Assembly: GCA_002773335.1 (NCBI GenBank)
Contig: PFBH01000001.1
Span: forward strand, 1-61,224
Direction: 5' to 3'
Length of the DNA stretch: 61,224 nucleotides
Source: Candidatus Kaiserbacteria bacterium CG10_big_fil_rev_8_21_14_0_10_45_20
Lineage (GTDB): Bacteria > Patescibacteriota > Minisyncoccia > Phycocordibacterales > Phycocordibacteraceae
Shown here: positions 1-7,694 of the stretch, one piece after another
Layout: every line of letters starts with the position of its first letter
How positions within the stretch are numbered: position 1 is the stretch's first letter
The notes under the pieces: generated by a model
Told to the model about the DNA's origin: nothing
What the model saw: the letters and a program-made list of their open reading frames with translations, nothing else
The model's database searches: none
Translations under genes and position numbers: made by a program

Positions 1-134
1 TATGTGCCATATACACCAGAGTATGGAGGCTTCAGGGGGTGGTGCAATTAGCCTGCAAACTCTGGTGCGATTAGGGTGAGAATTCACCTATGAGAATTTG
101 TAATTCTGTGTTTTTGATTTTATAATGTTTTTGT

Positions 135-422
135 ATGGAGTCACTAGAAAATCAATCTTTCGATTCAGTAATGCAAGAGCAGTTTGAAGAATCTGGGATA
201 GAACGGGGAAGTATCGTTGCTTTTGAAATTGGAGCTATGGATGGCGCGTTATTTAAAGTCATTGGTATAGAGGGTGTGTGTTTGCGTTTAAGGTGTATAG
301 AAAGAAAGCATAAAACAGATTCTGCTCCTCAGGTAATTAAGGGGTACACTTTGCCAAAGTTAGTCCCTTTCCGTACTTTGAAATTAGTGGAAGCCTCTAA
401 CAGTAAGAGTCCGCGCTCTTAA
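135..422 (+). CDS. hypothetical protein (95 aa)
   Basis: ORF track. TTGTAA-N17-TATAAT (98-126) ends 8 nt before the ATG, so the mRNA is probably leaderless. No recognisable motif. Confidence 0.4.
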   Translation: MESLENQSFDSVMQEQFEESGIERGSIVAFEIGAMDGALFKVIGIEGVCLRLRCIERKHKTDSAPQVIKGYTLPKLVPFRTLKLVEASNSKSPRS

Positions 423-499
423 TCCTAATATTGAGCGATTCATTTGAGCGTTTTTTATAAACTATAGACATTTTTGTTAAATTGTTTTAAAATATTTTT

Positions 500-1108
500 A
501 TGTCAGAAAATAAAGAAAGAGGTGATGTAGTTTTCTTGTTTCGAAAAGATGCCGACGGAGTCGGTATAGGCGACTACATAAAAATAGGCGCTCTCGGAGA
601 ACGCGTTGGTCGTGTACTTGGCAATTCCATCAATAATGGAAAGAGGTACTATCAGGTTGAGTGGTTAGATACCGGAGAAGAGGGGGTTGTTTTACAATCA
701 TGCGCTGTGCGTACTAAACCAAGTCAAAAAATAGAAAAAGAGGTAAAACCACGCTCTCCAAACAGTGAGTACAAAAGGTGGAATGAAAATCTTCCGTTGA
801 AAGAGGTTATTGAAATTATTGCAGAACGTTCAAAGAGTTTTAAATACGAAGTAAAAATTCATAGTATAGAACAATATCGCGTCATTTTCCTTGTAAATAA
901 CAATGAAGTTAAATTTGTTTTTGATGATGGGGGAGGGCTTGTACGAAGAGCGTTTGATGGCGGAAAGAAGTACGACATAGAATTTTTTCACGCCCTACGC
1001 TCTCTTGCTGGGATATGTTTAAAGAGTTTTAACAGAGAATTAAAAATTAACGCAAGAAAAAATGCAAAGGAAAAGCCAAAAGAGCCACACCAACCAAGGC
1101 TCCTTTAG
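500..1108 (+). CDS. hypothetical protein (202 aa)
   Basis: ORF track. Lys/Glu-rich soluble protein with no recognisable motif. Its stop lies 5 nt before repeat copy 1. Confidence 0.5.
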   Translation: MSENKERGDVVFLFRKDADGVGIGDYIKIGALGERVGRVLGNSINNGKRYYQVEWLDTGEEGVVLQSCAVRTKPSQKIEKEVKPRSPNSEYKRWNENLPLKEVIEIIAERSKSFKYEVKIHSIEQYRVIFLVNNNEVKFVFDDGGGLVRRAFDGGKKYDIEFFHALRSLAGICLKSFNRELKINARKNAKEKPKEPHQPRLL

Positions 1109-1113
1109 TGTTT

Positions 1114-1187
1114 GTGAGGACTCCAGTGGGATACTAAAAAACCAGAGCTTTCACTCTGGTTTTAAGTACCCATGACCTCACGGGGAA
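1114..1187. repeat. 74-nt direct repeat, copy 1 (tRNA-Glu 3' end fragment plus trailer plus terminator)
   Basis: Letter-for-letter identical to 1312-1385 when aligned by eye. Confidence 0.95.
1136..1163 (-). terminator. intrinsic terminator (duplicate copy)
   Basis: On the - strand: CCAGAG-UGAAAG-CUCUGG followed by U6. Confidence 0.6.
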
Positions 1188-1319
1188 GTTTCACTTCGTG
1201 TAAACGCATCGGCCACTGATAATTTCCTCGTCAGCCACTCAGAAATTTCATCGGCCCTGCCTCGCGACCCATTCTGCTGAATGGGTACCCCGCTCCGGCT
1301 TTCGATTCCCCGTGAGGAC
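1173..1319 (-). ncRNA. candidate structured RNA closed by a tRNA acceptor/T-stem mimic
   Basis: The 5' GUCCUCACGGGGAA pairs with the 3' UUCCCCGUGAGGUC and is followed by discriminator A. Internal hairpins are present (e.g. 1267-1286) and it has its own copy of the tRNA terminator. Not matched to any RNA family I know. Confidence 0.3.
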
Positions 1320-1385
1320 TCCAGTGGGATACTAAAAAACCAGAGCTTTCACTCTGGTTTTAAGTACCCATGACCTCACGGGGAA
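1312..1385. repeat. 74-nt direct repeat, copy 2 (overlaps the true tRNA-Glu 3' end)
   Basis: Identical to 1114-1187, at an offset of 198 nt. Confidence 0.95.
1334..1361 (-). terminator. intrinsic terminator of tRNA-Glu
   Basis: Hairpin CCAGAG/CUCUGG plus U6, 10 nt downstream of the tRNA on the - strand. Confidence 0.7.
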
Positions 1386-1442
1386 TCGAACCCCGATTCC
1401 AAGCTTGAGAAGCTTGTGTCCTAACCGTTAGACGATGAGGCC
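1371..1442 (-). tRNA. tRNA-Glu (anticodon CUC), 72 nt, no encoded CCA
   Basis: Manual cloverleaf: acceptor GGCCUCA/UGAGGUC (one G-U), D stem GUCU/GGAC, anticodon stem CAAGC/GCUUG with loop UUCUCAA, T arm CGGGG-UUCGAUU-CCCCG, discriminator A. Confidence 0.9.
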
Positions 1443-1702
1443 GAGAATTCTTGAAATTTTCGGCAGAAAACGCAGATAGTCCGATGAGAGAATCTACGAG
1501 TCAGAGCTGGGCTCTGATGAGAAGATTGTATCGAGGAATCTCTGTGTTTTCAACGAACAAAACAAGAAGGCGAGGCAACATCGTCGTCTGTACGATGAGG
1601 CCGGAAAGTGGCAGTGCTTAGATTTTCTCACTAAAGACTGACGCTTAGAGAATATAGCATTTTGCTAAGAAATAATAAACTCTTTAAAGAGTAATTCAGT
1701 TT

Positions 1703-2239
1703 TCACTTCTCAGCCACTTTAAAGTTTAAATACAAATTCATTAGATAATTCCACCACCCTACGACAAGCGCGATGAGTGTTCTACTTATTACATAGTGCA
1801 GGTGCGCTATGTCTACAAACAGATACATCAGTACTCTAATAAACAGCAATCCTACGCCTCCAATAATAAGAAAGAAGAGGTAGCCCGAATAAAGGGAGCG
1901 AGCACTGCCAGTAAACACATATTGCTGAGAAACAAAATAGTTTATGGATGTGGCGATAATAAACACCAGCCCTGCCGACAACAGGTAATACATATGAAGA
2001 ACGTCGGTAAAAAAAACAAAAGAATTAAATCTAAAGTAAACGTACCGACTCCAACCCCAAGCGACCTTACAAAACGCAGTATAGATTTTTGCGCAAACAA
2101 AGATGTAAAAGAGTGTCCCATAGAACGAATACAATATAACCGTTAAAAGGTATGTTGTTCGAACGCAAAAAATTCCAATAGAGAGGAGCGGTGCCTTAGA
2201 GGTGTCAGTATGATGGCGACAACTCTTTTGTATCAGCAT
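1703..2239 (-). CDS. GtrA-family membrane protein
   Basis: Four predicted TM helices and GtrA-like endings (NYFVSQQYVFTG, WNYLMNLYLNFK). The start is uncertain: the ORF track begins at 2266, while the ATG at 2239 overlaps the upstream gene less. Confidence 0.55.
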   Translation of the reverse strand: MLIQKSCRHHTDTSKAPLLSIGIFCVRTTYLLTVILYSFYGTLFYIFVCAKIYTAFCKVAWGWSRYVYFRFNSFVFFTDVLHMYYLLSAGLVFIIATSINYFVSQQYVFTGSARSLYSGYLFFLIIGGVGLLFIRVLMYLFVDIAHLHYVISRTLIALVVGWWNYLMNLYLNFKVAEK

Positions 2240-2738
2240 CAAGCGCAGAGAATCGTGCCAGAGCATAGAGGGCGCTCGACAGGCGATTTAAGTATACATA
2301 CGTCTCTTTCGAAAGAGTTTGTTTTTTCTGTACGGCCAAAACCGTTCGCTCTACTCTTCTCGATACCGCTCGCGCGTAGTCAAGAAGTGCAGAAAGCGCT
2401 GTGGATCCTGAAATGGTAAACGTAGTCGGGGTTACAATCTGATCCTCGATTTTTTGAATCAAGGCTTCCGTTTTTTCAATGTGCTGTTGTCTGATTTTTT
2501 TCTCTGCGCCGGCAAATTCTGCTTGAATAATAAAGAGGTCCTCTTGAATATTTTTAATTTCTTCAACAATGAAAACAGAGCGACGGCTTTTCACTGCTTG
2601 ACTTCGACACACACCGAGGAGTGAATTCAGCTCGTCAAGTGACCCAAGTGCATCAAAAATAGGACTATCTTTTGGAATGCATGTTTTTGATCCCACGAGT
2701 CGTGATATTCCTCCGTCTCCTTTTCGGGTATACAACAT
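2205..2738 (-). CDS. PduO-type ATP:cob(I)alamin adenosyltransferase
   Basis: N-terminal YTRKGDGGISRL and ALGSLDELNS motifs. Typical size of 177 aa. Confidence 0.75.
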   Translation of the reverse strand: MLYTRKGDGGISRLVGSKTCIPKDSPIFDALGSLDELNSLLGVCRSQAVKSRRSVFIVEEIKNIQEDLFIIQAEFAGAEKKIRQQHIEKTEALIQKIEDQIVTPTTFTISGSTALSALLDYARAVSRRVERTVLAVQKKQTLSKETYVYLNRLSSALYALARFSALDADTKELSPSY

Positions 2739-2746
2739 AATGCAAT

Positions 2747-5068
2747 TTATTCTTTTGCCTTTGTTGGCACTACCATATCAATATCGCAGAGCCCTCCAAC
2801 ACAAGCCATTTCTTTTTTTTGTTCTGTTTCATCAGTGTGCTCGTACGTTATTAATTTTGAGTAATCAATCGTTGGAAAGTTCGCCTTTAATTCAATGTAG
2901 CGTTTTTCGTCAATTGCTTCGTATGGGGCAAGTTGGTACACATGATCAAATCGCGGTAAGAACGAAAGACCACCAACAATCTCCCAGTTTTTTTGAATCC
3001 AGCCTACAACATCAATCCACTCGTCCTCACCGATTGAAATGGTTGCAGACGGATTGTGTTCAGTAAAGTTTAACTTCACTGATTTCCAGTACTCTAATTG
3101 CTCTAATGCTGAGAAATTATCTTTGAAGAGTGAATCACTGGGAGACATTACCGGAAACTCCAAGACGAACGTAGTTGCATTTTCTTCCGTTTGCCCCACC
3201 TCAGGAAGTACGGGGACACCTTGATCTCTCAGCATTTTAAAGAGAGCATCCGTAGCTGAGATACGAATACGGCGTATGTAGTACTTTGAGTGACGGGGGT
3301 GAATCCCTGAAGAGCAGTTAAATGTCTGAGAAACCGTACCTGATGGCTTCACAGCAGTGACTGAGAGAGATGTATTTATACCAAACCGCTTTGCGTACTC
3401 TTTATTGATTTCAATTGCTGTGTCACGTATAGCGCGCAATGTCTCAGGTTTTCTTGCTTCGGCAGAATCCCATTGCCCAGTAACAGATACACCAAGAAGT
3501 CTTTCGTCTGCACAATGTGTTGCCCAGTCGCTGGATATGTAATTGAACTTTGTTAGTGTTGATTGATATGTCCCTAAAATGGCCGCAAGCCGTGCTTTCC
3601 TTACTAATGTTTCTTGTGTGTCATCTTTTCTTGCAATTACCTCAGAGAGGTTACAAAATTGTTTTGATTGCAAAATAATTTCTCCGCAAGGATTGGTACC
3701 AATAGGGCCTTCGACGAGACCGCTTTCTCCAACAAAACCTCTCTTTTTAAAGTAAGTCGCCCTTCTCTTTGGGAGTGTTTTAATAAGAGAACCACGGTTA
3801 AAGATACCTCGTTCACCGGAACCGCTCTTCATGAGTGCAACCCATTCTTCCATTAACTCGGTATTCGATGGTTTTGATTGGTACACTGCCGAGTTGTTAG
3901 CAACAGAGCGATATGGTTCTGTCATAAAAAACTGACCCTTTTTTGCGTCTCGAAGATCGGTATCATCAAGATCAGATAGAGAAATCATTGCAGTGCGACG
4001 AACTCCGCCCGATACAACACACTCACCGATTTTGCAGATAATATCGTGCACGTCAATCGGACGTAGACGACGCCCTTGTTGCCCAAGTATCTTTTCTCTG
4101 GCAAAAGTTAAGAGAGATCGAAGCGGTTCAGGGCCCGAGGCCTTTCCTCCCATTGTTTTTAGCCGTGATCCTGCTTTACGGATTGATGAATAATCAAAAG
4201 TAACGTCACTGCCTTCGTACCATGCAGTGAGTCCAAGCGTAAGCGCATCACACCACCCCTCTTTTGAGTCAGCAACAACGTGGACCTTGGGTTTTATTTT
4301 TCCCTGTTTTTGGATTTGCGGTAGCCGTTCAATGTTTTCACTTTCAACAGTAAAACCAACACCACAACCTTGCATAGAGAGGTACATAATCTCAGCAAAG
4401 TCTTTTATTGCAGAAGGGGCAATAAAAGAGCAGTTGTAAGCACATGTATTGCACCGTCTTGCCGGTTCTCCAGAGAATTGCATAAGCCGCATTGAAGGCA
4501 TAACTTCTTGCCTGAGGATTGCTTCACGGACTTCCGCGTACTCTTCTTCGGAAAGTTTGTCTCCAATATTTTCTTTCATAAAACGTACATACCGATCAAC
4601 GGTTTCTATCCACGTCTCTCTTCGATTTTCTGCGTCAATCCATCGGGCATACGTCCGTATGTATATAAGTTCACCAAGGGGATTATCAATAAAGTATTTT
4701 TTACTTTCTTCGGCAAGTTTTTGAACGTGGAGAGGTACCATCCCCTGAGTTTTTCTCGTTCGTGTCCTTTCTGCGCGGTACAAAATATACGCTTTTGCGG
4801 TTGCGGGAAACTTAAGAAGCATTAATTCAGCCTCAACAAGGTCTTGGATTCGTTCAACTGAAGGAGATGGATGTACGTTTCCTTCAGAAAGGTGTGTGGC
4901 AACCCGTTCAGCAATTTTTTCAGGTGCACCTGGTTTAAATTCGTTTACTGCACACATTGCTTTGGTTGTCGCGCGAACAATTTTTTCAACATCAAAGGGA
5001 ACCAGAGAGCCGTCGCGTTTTACAACAGTCAGTTTTTTTCTTGGTAATCGGGGAGTTGTTTTTTTCAT
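2747..5068 (-). CDS. nrdJ: class II (adenosylcobalamin-dependent) ribonucleotide reductase with N-terminal ATP-cone
   Basis: 773 aa. ATP-cone-like VVKRDGSLVPFDVEKI and the TNPCGEI active-site motif. Confidence 0.85.
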   Translation of the reverse strand: MKKTTPRLPRKKLTVVKRDGSLVPFDVEKIVRATTKAMCAVNEFKPGAPEKIAERVATHLSEGNVHPSPSVERIQDLVEAELMLLKFPATAKAYILYRAERTRTRKTQGMVPLHVQKLAEESKKYFIDNPLGELIYIRTYARWIDAENRRETWIETVDRYVRFMKENIGDKLSEEEYAEVREAILRQEVMPSMRLMQFSGEPARRCNTCAYNCSFIAPSAIKDFAEIMYLSMQGCGVGFTVESENIERLPQIQKQGKIKPKVHVVADSKEGWCDALTLGLTAWYEGSDVTFDYSSIRKAGSRLKTMGGKASGPEPLRSLLTFAREKILGQQGRRLRPIDVHDIICKIGECVVSGGVRRTAMISLSDLDDTDLRDAKKGQFFMTEPYRSVANNSAVYQSKPSNTELMEEWVALMKSGSGERGIFNRGSLIKTLPKRRATYFKKRGFVGESGLVEGPIGTNPCGEIILQSKQFCNLSEVIARKDDTQETLVRKARLAAILGTYQSTLTKFNYISSDWATHCADERLLGVSVTGQWDSAEARKPETLRAIRDTAIEINKEYAKRFGINTSLSVTAVKPSGTVSQTFNCSSGIHPRHSKYYIRRIRISATDALFKMLRDQGVPVLPEVGQTEENATTFVLEFPVMSPSDSLFKDNFSALEQLEYWKSVKLNFTEHNPSATISIGEDEWIDVVGWIQKNWEIVGGLSFLPRFDHVYQLAPYEAIDEKRYIELKANFPTIDYSKLITYEHTDETEQKKEMACVGGLCDIDMVVPTKAKE

Positions 5069-5082
5069 GGTGGCTATAATTT

Positions 5083-5130
5083 ATATTGATAGACGTTGAT
5101 GTATTGTAGTATAGATATCTATCTATAGGT
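5083..5130. promoter_or_regulatory. promoter/operator cassette, copy A (upstream of nrdJ)
   Basis: The 18-mer ATATTGATAGACGTTGAT is identical to 5580-5597. Contains TTGATA-N18-TATAGA on the + strand, TACAAT on the - strand (5103-5108), and the 12-bp dyad ATAGATATCTAT (5111-5122). Confidence 0.5.
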
Positions 5131-5174
5131 AAAAATTTCTGTGGAAAAGAGAGGAAAAGATATATGGCTCAGGC

Positions 5175-5516
5175 TCAAAAAAGGAGGGAAGACCGCTTCA
5201 ATATAAACATACCCGCACTCAAAAGAATGGGGACCATTGGTAATGCAAGAGAGACAAGGAGGGCATATGTCGCAAGGACACCCTTCTTGCTCTTTTTTGG
5301 TTTGTACTTTTTAACACGAAACACTGTCCTGTCGTTTGTTAACGGTATCTGTGGGCTACTCCACGTATCAGATTGTATGTGCTCAACAGACAGGTGTTCG
5401 TGTCGTGATTCTGGGTGGTACATAAATGGCCATAGCTCCACATTACAAAATAGGGATTCAGGAGCGTGGCCCTTTTTATAAAAACTTTCTTGTCTGTTTG
5501 TGTACGCTTCCATCAT
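5175..5516 (-). CDS. hypothetical tail-anchored membrane protein (113 aa); the alternative is the fully overlapping + ORF 5164..5481
   Basis: Two mirror ORFs cover the same DNA and I cannot decide between them by eye. The + ORF has a GAGAGG SD-like element and lies downstream of cassette A. The - ORF lies downstream of cassette B. Confidence 0.25.
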   Translation of the reverse strand: MMEAYTNRQESFYKKGHAPESLFCNVELWPFMYHPESRHEHLSVEHIQSDTWSSPQIPLTNDRTVFRVKKYKPKKSKKGVLATYALLVSLALPMVPILLSAGMFILKRSSLLF

Positions 5517-5579
5517 GGAGAATAGGGGCTGGTTATCAACAAAAAATGACGTGTAGTTTTTTTAAACAGTGGTACACTA

Positions 5580-5628
5580 ATATTGATAGACGTTGATACA
5601 TTTTAATATAGATAATCATCTATTAATA
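5580..5628. promoter_or_regulatory. promoter/operator cassette, copy B (upstream of the arsR-like gene)
   Basis: Same 18-mer and the same TTGATA-N18-TATAGA geometry (5583-5612). Ends about 9 nt before the ATG at 5637. Confidence 0.5.
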
Positions 5629-5636
5629 AGAAAAGT

Positions 5637-5996
5637 ATGGGGAAAAAGAAAATTGCAACACAAAAATCAGATTCTAGGAAACCAAAAAAAACATTACGCC
5701 CTTCGTGGGTACCGCGTGACGTTGTGTCAAACGAAGAAGAGTTGTGCCCAGACTGCTTTAAGGTAGTGGGGGACAAAAACAGATACACACTCGTGTGCCT
5801 CTTAGGGAAATCTCCCAATGGAATGAGTGTCGGGCAACTGACTGAACACTTAACGCTCACTCAGCCGACTGTTACGCACCACTTACAAGTGCTCAGTTCG
5901 GTGCAAGCCGTCGAAAGCACAAAATCAGGCAGAGAGCATATTTATCGACTCAAACGTGACGCACACTGCTTTGAAGAGTGCCACATTCCGTATTGA
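5637..5996 (+). CDS. ArsR/SmtB-family metalloregulator-like transcription factor
   Basis: HTH signature LTQPTVTHHLQVL. Cys pairs CPDC and CFEEC flank the wHTH domain. Confidence 0.7.
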   Translation: MGKKKIATQKSDSRKPKKTLRPSWVPRDVVSNEEELCPDCFKVVGDKNRYTLVCLLGKSPNGMSVGQLTEHLTLTQPTVTHHLQVLSSVQAVESTKSGREHIYRLKRDAHCFEECHIPY

Positions 5997-6038
5997 GCAC
6001 AGTAGTTAATTTCATTACTATCTTTTAATTTTTTACCT

Positions 6039-7259
6039 ATGGATCTTATCTCATACTTGTGGCAATACATCGTTGAAGTCTTCGGTATTTTTATTGCTTA
6101 CATTTTTGCCGGTATTTTTATATACTTGATTCTTCGTCGTTTTAATTCACGTGCCATTACGCTGACATTACTCGCGGTTTTTGTAGGAGTTTCTATTTCG
6201 TTCTATATTCCAAACGGATTACCAAATGCGTTCCAGTACCCCTTCTTTATGAAAACATTTGGACCTGTAGATGGTCCTGTGTTGCCATTTAGTAACGTCG
6301 TTACGTTTCTTTCGAACTTCAATACCTTTGAACGGGTAGACGATATTGCTCGTGACCCGCACGATGTTCCGACTGATATTGTGTATGCAGAAGACGGCGC
6401 GGTAGAGATTGAGATTACCGCTAAAGAGGTAGTTGGGACACTTGCCGACGGAATCACATTTAACTACTGGACATTTGATGGAAAAGTTCCGGGGCCATTT
6501 TTGCGTGTACGCGAAGGAGATACCGTTCGTTTAACCTTGCACAACGACGAGTCTAGTATTCACCACCACAATATCGACCTCCATGCGGTAACCGGGCCGG
6601 GCGGTGGTGCTTCGGCTACAAACGTCGCTCCGGGTGAAAGTAAGACCATAACATTTAAGGCACTAAACCCCGGTCTTTTTATGTACCACTGCGCCCACCC
6701 AAATGTGGCAAACCATAATGCGCACGGTATGTATGGAATGATCCTCGTTGAACCACAAGGTGGACTTCCGGACGTTGATGTCGAACTCTACGTAATACAG
6801 GGAGAGTTTTACACATCAGGAGGGTTGGGGCGCAAGGGGTTACAGCTATTTGATCCACAGGCAATGCTTGATGGTAAACCACAGTACGTATTATTTAACG
6901 GGCGCGTCAGTGGAGAGACGGAGCATATGCACGCTCGTGTTGGAGACACTATTCGTATGTACGTAGGAAACGGGGGTGTAAACTTGATCTCGAGTTTTCA
7001 CCTTATTGGCGAGATATTTGACCGTGTATACCGAGAAGGTGATTTAGTAACTCCTCCCGCGCAGAGTATCCAAACGACCCTCATACCTGCAGGTGGCGCA
7101 ACCGTTGTCGAATTTGAAGCTAATTACCCCGGAAAGTACATACTCGTTGACCACGCACTGTCTCGTGTTGAGAGAGGTGCGTGGCGTGTGCTTGAAATAT
7201 CTGGTGACGCAGACCCCTCAATTTTTGATGGTGATATTGAGGTGGGGCATGGACACTAA
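6039..7259 (+). CDS. nirK: copper-containing nitrite reductase (AniA/class II NirK-like) with N-terminal membrane anchor
   Basis: HNIDLHAVTGPGGGA and YHCAHPNVANHNAHGMYGMILVEP match the type-1/type-2 Cu ligand motifs. Two N-terminal TM helices. Confidence 0.8.
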   Translation: MDLISYLWQYIVEVFGIFIAYIFAGIFIYLILRRFNSRAITLTLLAVFVGVSISFYIPNGLPNAFQYPFFMKTFGPVDGPVLPFSNVVTFLSNFNTFERVDDIARDPHDVPTDIVYAEDGAVEIEITAKEVVGTLADGITFNYWTFDGKVPGPFLRVREGDTVRLTLHNDESSIHHHNIDLHAVTGPGGGASATNVAPGESKTITFKALNPGLFMYHCAHPNVANHNAHGMYGMILVEPQGGLPDVDVELYVIQGEFYTSGGLGRKGLQLFDPQAMLDGKPQYVLFNGRVSGETEHMHARVGDTIRMYVGNGGVNLISSFHLIGEIFDRVYREGDLVTPPAQSIQTTLIPAGGATVVEFEANYPGKYILVDHALSRVERGAWRVLEISGDADPSIFDGDIEVGHGH

Positions 7260-7268
7260 ACGCTTCTT

Positions 7269-7676
7269 ATGTCATTTGTTTATGGTATGGAACGCTATGA
7301 CCCACACCAGAGTCTTTTAGATAAAATCTCTCGTAAAAACGATAGAGAAGGTGGTGTGCCAAAGGCGAGGATTCTTTTTAACTGCAATAAGCAATGCATT
7401 TACTATAATCGTAAGAAAGTACACCTAAAACCTCAAGAATTTCAACTGTTATGGCTTCTGTATAGAGCAAACGGAGCCGTTTTGAGGAATGCCGAGTTAG
7501 AAAATTTTTTATACGATCAGCAACTATTTGATAACGCAGACATCCCCTTAACCTCTGACAGCTGCATAAGTGCAGCTGTTTTTACATTAGGAAAGAAGTT
7601 ACGCGCAATGTCTGATGGAAAGGTAACAATTGTAAGGCAACGCAACGTCGGCGGGTACGCCTTATCTGTTTCTTAA
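7269..7676 (+). CDS. stand-alone OmpR/PhoB-type winged-helix DNA-binding protein (no receiver domain)
   Basis: HLKPQEFQLLWLL and the C-terminal IVRQRNVGGYAL fit the Trans_reg_C pattern. No Asp-receiver region is present. Confidence 0.55.
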   Translation: MSFVYGMERYDPHQSLLDKISRKNDREGGVPKARILFNCNKQCIYYNRKKVHLKPQEFQLLWLLYRANGAVLRNAELENFLYDQQLFDNADIPLTSDSCISAAVFTLGKKLRAMSDGKVTIVRQRNVGGYALSVS

Positions 7677-7694
7677 AAACAATTTTTTAGTACA

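Noticed and set aside
1114-1385. The duplicated tRNA 3' end read as attL/attR of an integrated mobile element.
   Set aside because: Only about 120 nt lie between the copies, and no integrase or cargo is present. It is kept as a structural oddity rather than called a mobile element.
1481-1525. CCGATGAG and CTGATGAG motifs on the + strand in the tRNA leader, which resemble the hammerhead ribozyme core.
   Set aside because: I could not build stems I, II and III around them. There is no helix II between CUGAUGA and a GAAA, and the CTGA is consumed by the TCAGAGC/GCTCTGA hairpin. They are more likely degenerate copies of the tRNA 5' end (CTCATCG on the - strand).
5074-5125. Two AT-rich dyads about 32 bp apart upstream of nrdJ, read as tandem NrdR boxes.
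   Set aside because: The spacing fits, but the sequences (CTATAATTTATATTGATAG; TAGTATAGATATCTATCTA) match the NrdR-box consensus as I remember it only loosely, and no nrdR gene is in the window. They are reported only as a generic operator candidate.
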